A DNA stretch of 64,000 nt, taken from the NCBI RefSeq assembly GCF_023055435.1, contig NW_025963779.1, forward strand, positions 64,418,001-64,482,000, written 5' to 3'. Each line of letters starts with the position of its first letter. Position 1 is the stretch's first letter. Source of the DNA: Haliotis rufescens. Its lineage: Eukaryota. The notes beneath the pieces were generated by a model. The model ran no database searches and was not told the DNA's origin. It worked only from the letters and a program-made list of their open reading frames with translations. The position numbers were made by a program, and so were the translations under genes. Positions 14,101-24,155 of this stretch are shown here, one piece after another.

Positions 14101-17100
14101 CCTTCCCCCGAACCGTTGCTCCCGCTATCGGTTTAGGACCGCGTGGCCATGGTTTAGGACCTCTTTGAGGACATGCCTCGGCCGGTACCGCGGGGAATCC
14201 ACGACTGTGGGTTCCTCCGAGGTATACGATGAGTCTTCCGACACGGCTTTCCCCGCATCGACCTTGCTGCGCGGTTTCAAGCCTTCCTTGGAGAACGCCT
14301 TCGCGGCGGCCTCCGGTCGGGGTCTCCCGTTACCTCCGACGTCGTGGAGAAAGGGTTTATTCCCGGTACATGACCTTGCCTTTCCCGAGGCTGGTCCTAC
14401 CGCGGAGGCCCATGTTGAGCGGTTGGGTGTCCGTGCCCCACCGGCTGCTACGGTAACGCAAGCTACCTTGCACCAGCTGGACTCCATGTCTCACTGAGAC
14501 ACTTACTTGGCTGCAGCGGCCCGTCTGGTCGAAGGTTCTCCCACGGACCGTGACCAGCGCATTTACAACTGCCTGCTCAGTTTAAATGCTTCCCTGGAGT
14601 ACGTTGCCGAGGACTCTCGGCACACACTTGCTCTTGTTGGGTCCCTGCATAGGCGCCTGGGTGCCGCTCCTAACCGGAGCGCGCCCCAGACTGCTGCGGC
14701 CTGTAGGTCTAAGGGGTCGGGTTCTTCTCTGGGAAGTAGCCCCGCCCTGAGGGCTCCAGTATGGGCAATCAGCTGCCCTTTCGCGGGAAGACGAGGAACT
14801 GGGGGGAGCCCAAGTCGTCGACGGACGGCAAGGGCCCCTCCAGGTGACTCTCATTGGAGGGGTTCGTATGCCGACAGCGCCAACTTCGGTTGGCCCTTAG
14901 GTGAACCCGAGTCACTTGGCCCTGGACAGTTGCGCCTGCCGCAACCTGTCAGGGCCCCCTCTCCTTCCCCAGTGGGAGCCAGACTCCAGACTTACTGTTA
15001 AACGACCCGTGGGTGGTCAACACGATTCGGGACGGCTATCGGCTTGATCTCAAAGCGAATCCGTTGCCCCGTTGGCAGGTTTCGATTCGGAAACCGATCT
15101 TCCCATCCTTGCCGATGCCATCGGCAGGTTGGTGGAGAAGGGGCAGTACGGGAGTTAGCTCTACTAGAAATAACACCGGGGTTTTACTCCAGGATATTTC
15201 TCGTTCCCAAGTAGGACAGTGCCGAACTCAGAATGATTCACACGTCCGCTCCCTGGCTGTTCACCCGGTTAACCACCCCCATAGTGGGGTTCCTCCACAG
15301 GAGGGGTGTCCGGTACTTCGCGTACCTGGACGACTCGCTAGTAGCAAATCGAATGACGGACACCCTGTCACGCCATCTCGATTTCGCACGTCGGCTCTTG
15401 GAGCAATTTGGGTGGATTATCAATCTCCCCAAGAGCGAGTTAACCCCTTCTCAGAACTTGCTGTTCATCGGAGGTCGGTTCAACACGGTGTCCCATCGCC
15501 TCTTTGTCCCCCCAGACCGGTGGCACAAAATTCAGGCGATGATTGCCAAAGTCTTAGCGGTGCAACAGACTGTTCACTTTTGGGAACAGCTGTTAGGGCT
15601 ACTTGTATCAGCCCAGGACTGCACCGCACGGGGTCGTCTCCAACTCCGCCCGCTGCAACGGTTTTTAATCCAGTTGTTAGCAACGGAGGTGAACAGTGCG
15701 ACCGTCGCCCTCCCGGATCTGCTCCGTCCGCATCTGGAGTGGTGGACGGTCCCTTACATTGTCTTATCAGGAGTCTCTATGCGGCCCTACCGGGCCACGT
15801 TGACCCTGTATAAAGACGCCTCTCTAGTGGGCTGGGGCGCCCATCTAAAGGGGGAGGTGAGCTTGGGGCTGTGGTGCGTAGACGAACTAGGTCTTCACAT
15901 CACTTGTCTCGAGTTCAAGGCAGTGATCAACGCAGTCAATCACTGGAAGCATCGTCTCGTCGACGCTCGGCTCATGCTGGCGACCGACAACACGACGGTA
16001 GTGTCCTATGTGAACAAACTGGGGGGAACCCACAGTCACTCGCTACTCGATCTCACGTTCGAGTTTTACGCTCTGGTGGACAGTGTCCCGTGCCAGATAC
16101 GCGCCCGTCACATCCAAGGTGTGCGGAACGTTCTGGCCGATGCTCTATCGAGGCCTCAGGATCCGAGCCCCACAGAGTGGATGCTGAACCCAGTAGTGTT
16201 TCAGTGGCTGTGCGAACGTTTGGGTCGTCCGGTGGTCCGGCAATCAACTCCCGTTGTTTGTATCACCAGTCCCGGACCCAAGGGCCATCGATCACGATGC
16301 TCTCGCGTTAGACTGGACGGGCTTGGTCGCTTATGCTTACCCGCCGACAGCATTGATACCACACATTCTAAGCCGGCTCCGAGGAGTTCGCTGTCGAATG
16401 TTACTGATCGCGCCCATGTGGCCGAACAGATCGTGGTACCCCGACTTGCTGACCCAGGTCACGCAGTCGCCACTTCCACTGCCTGTGAGACCGGATCTCT
16501 TGATCCACCCTCACACCCGTCAGCTTCATCCAAACGCAGGGCAGTTCAATCTGCACGCGTGGATGTTGTCACCGAGCGTCTGAGGAGTAAAGTTTTTTCT
16601 CGCCGGGCGTCTCGGGCATACGTTAGTATGCATCGTGATTCTATCCAGAAGGTGTACATGTATAATGCACTTTGGGTTATTTTCACGAAGTGGTGTTGTA
16701 AACATCACATTCATTCGCCAGATAAGGTATCTGTGCAGGATATTGCTCGTTTCATGTCTCACTTGCGAGAGACCCGGAAACTCTCCGGGGGTTCCATTGC
16801 CAACTATGTCTCGTCCGTGGCTACGGTACGGGACGTTGCTATGGGTACCAGTCTCTCCAAAGAGCCGGTGATACGGGGTATTATCAAGGGTTTCAAACAG
16901 CACGATCTTAAGAAGGGCCGCCTTCGGGCGACGGCCTGGGATCTTTCCCTAGTGTTGCAATCACTTACGGAAGCTCCGTATGAACCCTTGCATAGTGTTT
17001 CGTTCCGGCATGTGACTTGGAAAACAGCATTTCTCCTCTCCTTTGCCACGGCGGCACGTGTATCCGAAATTCATGCACTCGATGTCGCCAAGGTATGATT

Positions 17101-20100
17101 CGATAGGGGTGACGAAGGAGCGGTCCGCCTGGGCCTGCTCATGGGCTTCGTCGCCAAGAATCAGAGAGTCGGGCAGAGAATTCACTGTAAGATCACTCAA
17201 AGAAATCTTACATCCTGCTGATACTGAGGACAGAGCGCTGTGTCTGGTTAGGGCCCTTAAGTATTATCTTAAGGCTTCGAATGAACGTAGACAAGGGCGT
17301 GACCGTCTGTTCATATCGTGTAACCCTAATCGCACGGTTGACATAACTCGCAACTCGATTGCGTTGTGGCTTCGTTCTGTCATCAATCTGGCGTACCGGT
17401 CTCGGGGGTTACCGGTAGCGGGGTCAAACCCGCACGAGATCAGGGCGCTGGCGGCGACATTTGCCCTACACTCGAATATCTCTGTTCGCAGAATATTACG
17501 AGGTTGTTACTGGCGTTCTGACTCGGTTTTTGCCAATCATTACCTCAAACAGGTCGCTGATGCCGTCGTGGAGAGTGTGCACCGTCTTGGCCCGCGGATC
17601 GCGGCGCAAGCGGGCACCTAAGGGGTGTGCCCAGCGCAATTCCGAACTCCTCAGGCGTCTGACCTTGCACGGTGGTCAATCTGGGTCGACTCCAATGTTC
17701 CCACTGCCGTGGGTACAGGAGTTGGGGTCCCGCAAACCAGCGCACTCACACCACAGGTGAGGGCGGCTTTTTGTGTGCTTTGTCCTTATTTGTATTTTGA
17801 CAATTATGTCTTTAATTGTCTGTCGTGTATCCCAACCTTGTGATGCATGCTTACAAATACTGGAATTAGGTCACGCGCCTAATGCATACTTTAAGTAGGC
17901 TTGCTCTGGGATATACGGTCTGAATGAAATTAATTTCCCTCTTTTCGACTGTTTAACCTGATCTAAGATTAAGCTCACGCGGATACAGTGTTCTCATCCG
18001 CTGCTGCGATGAAATACCTATCCAGTGGGGCTGTTTGGAGTCACCAATCGTTTTGGCAATGACGATTGAGCCTTACGGTATGCGCTTGACAGTGCTTTGG
18101 TATTCCTATAGGGTAATGCCTAGCTAGGTGCATGCGCATCGAGTGCTTCCGCCTTGGTGTTTACTTCCGCTGGTCGGAAGGAACGCTAGCAGTCAGGATT
18201 CGGGTTGTAGGTGCTCCCCACCGCCTACTGTGGTAGTCAGCCTCGGTATAACAGTGGTAACGTATTACTTAATGTAATTTGTAGAATTTTCCTATTCGGA
18301 ATATTCTATAAGTAATACGTTACCACTGGGCTGCTGCCCGCCCGTCCGTCCCCCGAGCACTTGCTCTCGCAGGAGACAAGAGTGAAGGGTGTCACATGGC
18401 AGCTAGGTGGTTACGCACGTGCTGCATGAGGTAATTGAGATCTCTGTGGTAGATTTCGCTATAGCAGCAGTTGTGGGAGACAACAGCCTCGGTATAACAG
18501 TGGTAACGTATTACTTATAGAATATTCCGAATAGGAAAATTCTACAAAATTACTGGAATGTCTGGTCTAGACTTGATTATTTACAGTCCACCGTCATATA
18601 GCCGCAATATTGCTGAGTGCAGCGTTAAGCAAAAAACAAACAAATGATGACATAGTTCAGTGCAATAATGCGAGACAAACCTGGCCTATTCTATAATCAG
18701 CCAATCAGAAAATGGTGGTCCATTAGTGGGCATGGCCTTAGTCCTTTTCATTTATGGAAACAGAAATGCATAAATTTGCTTGGTTAACAAATGAAATAGT
18801 TTCTTGCCACTTGACCACCACCCAGTCATCTGTAATGTCATTAAAAGCCCTTTCATAGAGTATTAGACATTCAACATGCGTAATTTCAGTCAGAACATTC
18901 TTGCTTGTATCAGAAATAAATCAATTGCAGGTGATGCTATACCTGTCCAACCTGTACATATTACTATACATGGACATCAGGCAGTTCAGTTTAAGTCCCT
19001 GTGGACAGTGTAGACATTTAATTTGACTGTGGTCTTGTTTTCAGGTGGTGGAGTACTTGTGTCATGTTAACAATCTGGTGGAGAAAGGATTCAATCCAAT
19101 CCGTGCTGAGTTGGCACTGAATCTGTTCGACAACAATTTCCCAAAGGTACAGTTGGCTTGACTGCGTTTCATTTGATTGAACTTATATGTTTTATTATAC
19201 CCCCGACAAAATGTCGGGGGTTTATAGTTATACCAAGATTCCGTCCGTCCATCTGTCTGTCCGAAAACTTTGTCCGCACGATTTCTCTTAAACTATTCAG
19301 TGGATTCATCTCAAACTTAGTACATATAATCTGTGTCATATGGAGGGGTGCAGTCAAAAGAAAAAAAATTGTTTTGATTAATTTTCCATTTTTTTATGAA
19401 TTTTTCAAACCCTAACGTCCGTCTGAAAACTTTGTCCACGAGATTTCTCTTAAACTATTCAGTGGATTTATCTCAAACTTAGTACATGTAATCTGTGTGC
19501 TATGGAGGGGTGCAGTCAAAAGAAAAAAATTGTTTTGATTAATTTTCCATTTTTTTATGAATTTTTCAAACCCTAAAGGCTAACCCTATCCTAGCTATTT
19601 AATTTGTAACTACTGACACACTAGGCATGTCGGGAGTATTAGTTAGCCACGCTCACTTTTGCACTTGTTTAACCATGTTATGCATGTTTTGAAACCATGA
19701 TGGACGTGGGTCAGTGGTCTTGGTTGCCAAGTGGTTAAAGCGTTTGCTTGTCATGCCGAAAATCAGGGTTAGATTTCCGACATGTACAATGTGTGAAGCC
19801 CATTTCTGGTATCCCTCGCCGTGATATTGCTGGAATATTGCTAAAAGCGGAGTAACATCAAGCTCACTCACTGTTAGTGTAACAGATGCTGGTTGTGGGC
19901 TGCCTAACAAATTAGTTAGTGGAGGTACCTGGGATAGAATCATGTACTGCACAGACCTGTGAAGATCCAGGTTAGATAAGGTCTTCAGCAACCCATGCTT
20001 TCCCTAAGAGGTGACTGCTTGTCGTAAGAAGTAACTAACCAAATTTGGTGTTCAGGATCGCTGACTTGGTTGATGCATATCATCGTATTCCAATTGGAGG

Positions 20101-21520
20101 GATCGATGGTCATGATGTCAATCACTGGACTGTCTGGTCCAGACTCAATTATTTACAAACCGCTGTCATATAGCTGGAATATTGCTGAGTGTGGCGTTAA
20201 ACAACATACAAACAAAAAACATCTCATAGGACAAAGACCCCATCAGTTTGTGAATGCAAGATGAAAAAGAGGTAACAGATTGCCCATGGTTTGTCCACAC
20301 ACCGGCAGATCCAGGATTTTGAAGAAGGGGGCTGTGTACTGCGTACACATTGGGCTTCACTGCCATTAACATGATTGTGATACCTAAAGTTCAACATGGT
20401 GTTAAGACCCATCTTACCCAATCTCTGAAATGAATGGATTGCTTGTACTTCCCTGTTTTTGGTGTATATGTTGATCCACTAATGATTGAGAACAAAGAAT
20501 ATTTTGAAAGAAATCTTGAAAAAATGTTGAACATATATTTTTACTTATCCTACATTACTCCTTAATGCATCTGCTGCTTACCTGACAGACCGTCTCCATG
20601 GTCTAGTGGTAGAGCGTTCAATCCCCCACCGCGTCATACCAAAAGAGGTGAGGTGAAATTGGGTTTAACGTCGCGTCCAAGATTATTGCACTTATATAGC
20701 GACGTTCATACCAAAAGACGTTAAAAGATGGTACTTGTTGTTACCCTGTCTGGTGCTCAGCATTAAGGGGCTAAAACAAGGACTGGTCGGCTTGGAGTCA
20801 GTAAACTGTGTCTGAGTGGGGTATAGATGTTAAACTGCGACATGGTATCTCTGTGGGCTAGCACTATAAATCGACATCAGTCCGGNNNNNNNNNNNNNNN
20901 NNNNNNNNNNNNNNNNNNNNNNNNNNNNNNNNNNNNNNNNNNNNNNNNNNNNNNNNNNNNNNNNNNNNNNNNNNNNNNNNNNNNNNNNNNNNNNNNNNNN
21001 NNNNNNNNNNNNNNNNNNNNNNNNNNNNNNNAAGTGCAATCTTGGACCTGGCGTTAAACCCAATTTCACCTCACCACCGCTTACCTGACAACAAAGAAAC
21101 AGCACCTGGTGATGGTCCTTGATGAAGAAAAAATGATGTTTTCACATTCGGTCTACTTTTGAAAGGACCCATCGCCACTATCCAAATGTAAAAAATATTT
21201 CGATTTTACTTTAAAATTATTTTTTTTAATTGTTAGCTCTTGATTCAAGAAGGATGTGTTAGTGAGGTCCTATACACTGAAAGGTTGGGTAAAGGTTATT
21301 ATAGTTTTAGGGATGTAAAAGAGACTTTCTTGTTTTCAAAAATAGGACTGAATCTGAATAGCTGTCTTGACGTGGCACATTGTTCATATTTCAGGCTGAG
21401 AAGTACCTCGAGATGTTTGTGCAGTTCCAGGAATTAGGATTTGGTGAGGACAAGATCCGAGAAGCCCTTGTCAAGGAGAACATGGATCGTGACAAAGCTT
21501 TGGACTTCCTCACTGCGTGA
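2165..21520 (+). CDS. UBAP1: Ubiquitin-associated protein 1 (ESCRT-I subunit), about 584 aa, 7 coding exons
   Basis: Exons 2165-2210, 2827-2900, 10000-10059, 10743-11867, 12548-12769, 19045-19146, 21395-21520 join in frame with GT-AG introns. N-terminal UMA motif LDGVPFKVGPKFKPPPRVFLP...YLFETE; central FEREDDPFENVERQLINEMEELKTLL; C-terminal SOUBA repeats (MGFSRPQVARAV, KGFNP, LGFGEDKIREALVKENMDRDKALDFL). Confidence 0.9.
2997..3257. mobile_element. MITE with long imperfect TIRs
   Basis: ACTTACCCTATCTCACACTTTGCATTTCTTCCT...AGGAAGAAATGCATAGTGTGAGATAGGATAAGT; complementarity extends about 90 bp inward. Confidence 0.7.
4010..4230 (-). mobile_element. SINE-like family C copy
   Basis: Reverse complement of the 50.1-kb copy, 5'-truncated. 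Confidence 0.75.
5157..7900 (+). CDS. Harbinger Myb/SANT-like DNA-binding protein (MADF plus BESS-like), 237 aa, 3 exons
   Basis: Exons 5157-5340, 6355-6542, 7559-7900 join in frame. MADF pattern FIGYYASHDCLWN...KISTLRTYYGKELRK...KSGAGTDEVYVSTWEWF; BESS-like C-terminus DMLFAKYIASEL...KIKIQQLIFE. Confidence 0.87.
6730..9763 (-). CDS. Harbinger DDE transposase (HARBI1-like), 409 aa, 3 exons
   Basis: Exons 9763-9427, 8347-8232, 7506-6730 join in frame (1230 nt). Motifs NFLRM, PGEKLAITLRYLATGDSY, GALDGKHI, IVGDDAFPL, FNYRLSRARRVSENAFG; DDE triad intact. Confidence 0.93.
10087..10333. mobile_element. MITE (family shared with 31882-32178)
   Basis: TIR cores TGGTTCTCAGGC and GCCTGGGAACCA; the interior is homologous, inverted, to the 31.9-kb copy. 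Confidence 0.6.
13495..14700 (+). pseudogene. DIRS gag-like ORF, disrupted
   Basis: Cys/His finger CGVCRKFLSSRDPHDRCPRC...CILCEGL, an internal duplication (about 13790-13920 and 13947-14075), a stop at 13981 and later frameshifts. Confidence 0.7.
15000..16583 (+). pseudogene. DIRS reverse transcriptase / RNase H / Dam-like methyltransferase ORF, deleted and frameshifted
   Basis: APWLFTRL, YLDD, GWIINLPKSELTP, DASLVGWG, HITCLEFKAV, TDNTT, ADALSR. The methyltransferase segment DALALDW...YAYPP...LIAPMWPNRSWYP is in another frame (16254-16583). The RT N-terminal part is missing. Confidence 0.85.
16585..17621 (+). pseudogene. DIRS tyrosine recombinase, frameshifted near 17100-17170
   Basis: WDLSLVLQSL..PYEPL, KTAFLLSFATAARVSEIHAL, then LCLVRALKYYL, PHEIRALAATFA, YWRSDSVFANHYLK (R-H-x-x-R-W-Y catalytic pattern). 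Confidence 0.85.
19193..19660 (+). mobile_element. Helentron-associated (HINE / DINE-1 / pearl-like) non-autonomous element
   Basis: 5' TTATACCCCCGACA...TGTCGGGGG short inverted repeat, a GTCC/GTCT microsatellite, two tandem 162-bp core repeats, a 3' TGTCGGGAGTAT subterminal repeat and T-rich flanks. Confidence 0.65.
19714..19872 (+). mobile_element. SINE family A copy
   Basis: Colinear with 30230-30406. Confidence 0.7.
19954..20220 (+). mobile_element. SINE-like family C copy
   Basis: Colinear with 50094-50333. Confidence 0.75.
20588..21077 (+). mobile_element. SINE family D copy spanning the gap
   Basis: Colinear with 63717-64000; a (CACCT) tail follows the gap. Confidence 0.7.
20886..21031. 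other. Assembly gap
   Basis: Run of N inside a SINE copy. Confidence 1.
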
Positions 21521-22112
21521 CACACGCCACCAGATAGAGCTGACACCGTCACTATGATCAACCTCCTTCGATTGTTAGTTCTGTTACACGATCTTTTAGC
21601 CATGTGTAGTACATGTACAACTACAAGACAAAACACTATGTTATCTTGATCAGTCAGTTTATTTTATATTTTTGTTCTACTGTTAAATTTGTTTTGTCAA
21701 CTGGAAACATTTACTAGTGTGACATTTCACTGTTAACGAAACCAAGTCGTGTAAAATGTGTCATGCCTGGCTTGATGCACAGAAATAGTGGAGGTAACTC
21801 CAGAACCAGTGTTGCGAGGTGGGGATATGCATCACTGTAGTGAAATGGTGTGTGATAGCTTCACCATTTGTCCATTGAGATTTGTTTTCAACTTAGTGAT
21901 CTCCTGTTTAACCTCAGTCTAACAGGATGACATGTTTGATTGCAGTCAGTCATAAACAGCATTTCATCCTAGTCCACGACAAAGTAACTTATAGGTTTAA
22001 TGTAATGCACCCTGGGATCTGTCACTGAGGTAACTCAGGGGTTAGTGTTGCAGATCATCACAAGGATAATGTGTGTGAAGCCTTGTCTTAAAATACCCTT
22101 ACTTGTTCACAT

Positions 22113-24155
22113 TAGACACCAGCTCCATCACTAGGCCGTGGTATAACATACCAGATTTGTCACTAGGCCAGGTATAACACACCAGTTTTGTCACTGGGCC
22201 ATGGTTTAACACACCAGCTCTGTCACTAGGCCGTGGTATAACACACCAGTTTTGTAACTAGGCCATGGTATTACTCCAGTTTTGTCACTAGGCCATGTTA
22301 TAACTCTAGTTTTGTCTCTATGCCATGGTACAACACTAGTTCTGTCACTAGGCCATGGTTTAACACATCAGCTCTGTCACTGGGCCATGGTATAACACTC
22401 CAGTTTTGTCACTAGGTCATGGTATATGACACCAGCTCCATCACTAGGCCATGGTATAACACACCAGTTTTGTAACTAGGCCATTGTATTACTCAAGTTT
22501 TGTAACTAGGCCATGTTTGATTGCAGTCAGTCTAGTTGCAGTCAAACTAGTTTTGTCCCTAGGCCATGGTATAACGCTAGTTCTGTCGCTAGGCCATGGT
22601 ATAACTCCAGTTTTGTCACTAGGCTAAGGTATAACACACCAGCTGTGTCACTAGGCCATGGTTTAACACATCAGCTCTGTCACTAGGCCGTGGTATATCA
22701 CACCAGCTCTGTCACTAGGCCATGGTATCACATGCCGGTTCTGTCACTAGGCCATGGTATATGACACCAGCTCTGTCACTAGGCCATGGTATAACACACC
22801 AGCTCTGTCACTTGGCCATGGTATAACATGTTGGTTCTGTCACTAGGCCATGGTATAACATGCCGGTTCTGTCACTAGGCCACGGTAAATGACACCAGCT
22901 CTGTCACTAGGCCATGGCATAACACACCGGCTCTGTCACTAGTCCATGGTATAAAAAACACCAGCTCTGTCACTAGGCCATGGTATAACACACCAGCTCT
23001 GTCACTAGGCCATGTTATAAGACACCAGCTCTTTCACTAGGCCATGGTATAACACACCAGCTCTGTCACTAGGCCATGTTATAACTCCAGATTTGTCACT
23101 AGGCCAAGGTATAACACACCGGCTCTGTCACTAGGCCATGGTATAACACTAGTTCTGTCGCTAGGCCATGGTATAACTCCAGATTTGTCACTAGGCCAAG
23201 GTATAACACACCGGCTCTGTCACTAGTCCATGGTATAACACACCAGCTCTGTCACTAGGCCATGGTATAACACACCGGCTCTTTCACTAGGCCATGGTAT
23301 AACATGCTGGTTCTGTCACTAGGCCACGGTATAACACACCAGCTCTGTCACTAGGCCATAGTATAACATGCCGGTTCTGTCACTAGGCCATGGTATAACA
23401 TGCTGGTTCTGTCACTAGGCTATGGTATATGACACCAGCTCTGTCACTAGTCCATGGTATAACACACCTGCTCTGTCACTAGTCCATGGTATAACGCACC
23501 AGCTCTGTCACTAGGCCATGGCATTATATGCTGGTTCTGTCACTAGTATATGGTATAATACACCAGCTCTGTCACTATTATATGGTATAATACACCAGCT
23601 CTGTCACTAGGCAATGGTATAACATGCCGGTTCTGACACTAGGCCATGGTATAACATGCTGGTTCTGTCACTTGGCCATGGTATAACCAGCAGCTCTGTC
23701 ACTAGGCCATGGTATAACATGCTGGTTCTGTCACTAGTCCATGGCATAATACACCAGCTCTGTCACTAGGCCATGGTATAACATGCCGGTTCTGTCACTA
23801 GTCCATGGTATAATACACCAGCTCTGTCACTAGGCCATGGTATAATACACCAGCTCTGTCACCAGGCCATGGTATAATATGCCGGTTCTGTCACTAGGCC
23901 ATGGTATAACATGCTGGTTCTGTCACTGTGCCATGGTATAACACACCAGTTCTGTCATTAGGCCATGGTATAACGTGCCGGTTCTGTCACTAGGCCATGG
24001 TATAGCATACCAGCTTTGTCACTAGACCATGGTATATGACACCAGCTCTGGCACTAGGCCATGGTATGACACACCAGCTGTGTCACTAGGCAATGGTATA
24101 ACATGTCGGTTCTGTCACTAGGCCATGGCATTACATGTCTGTTCTGTCACTAGGT
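22113..24155. repeat. 32-bp minisatellite, roughly 60-65 units
   Basis: Consensus ACACCAGCTCTGTCACTAGGCCATGGTATAAC, period 32 (some 30-bp units), no long ORF. Confidence 0.95.

Larger units (their letters stand above)
12954..18553 (+). mobile_element. DIRS1-like tyrosine-recombinase retrotransposon, full length, in a UBAP1 intron
   Basis: Identical 147-bp inverted terminal repeats (12961-13107 and 18371-18517); internal complementary region at about 18238-18329 matching both termini; gag, RT-RNaseH, methyltransferase and YR remnants in DIRS order. Confidence 0.93.

Noticed and set aside
15233-17098. Novel 621-aa RT-RNaseH-recombinase fusion protein
   Set aside because: Produced by a deletion or frameshift near 16235 that joins the overlapping DIRS frames; the methyltransferase segment continues in another frame.
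22113-24155. CRISPR-like array
   Set aside because: The variable part is only about 8 nt and recurs, so there are no unique spacers. No cas genes, and the context is eukaryotic.
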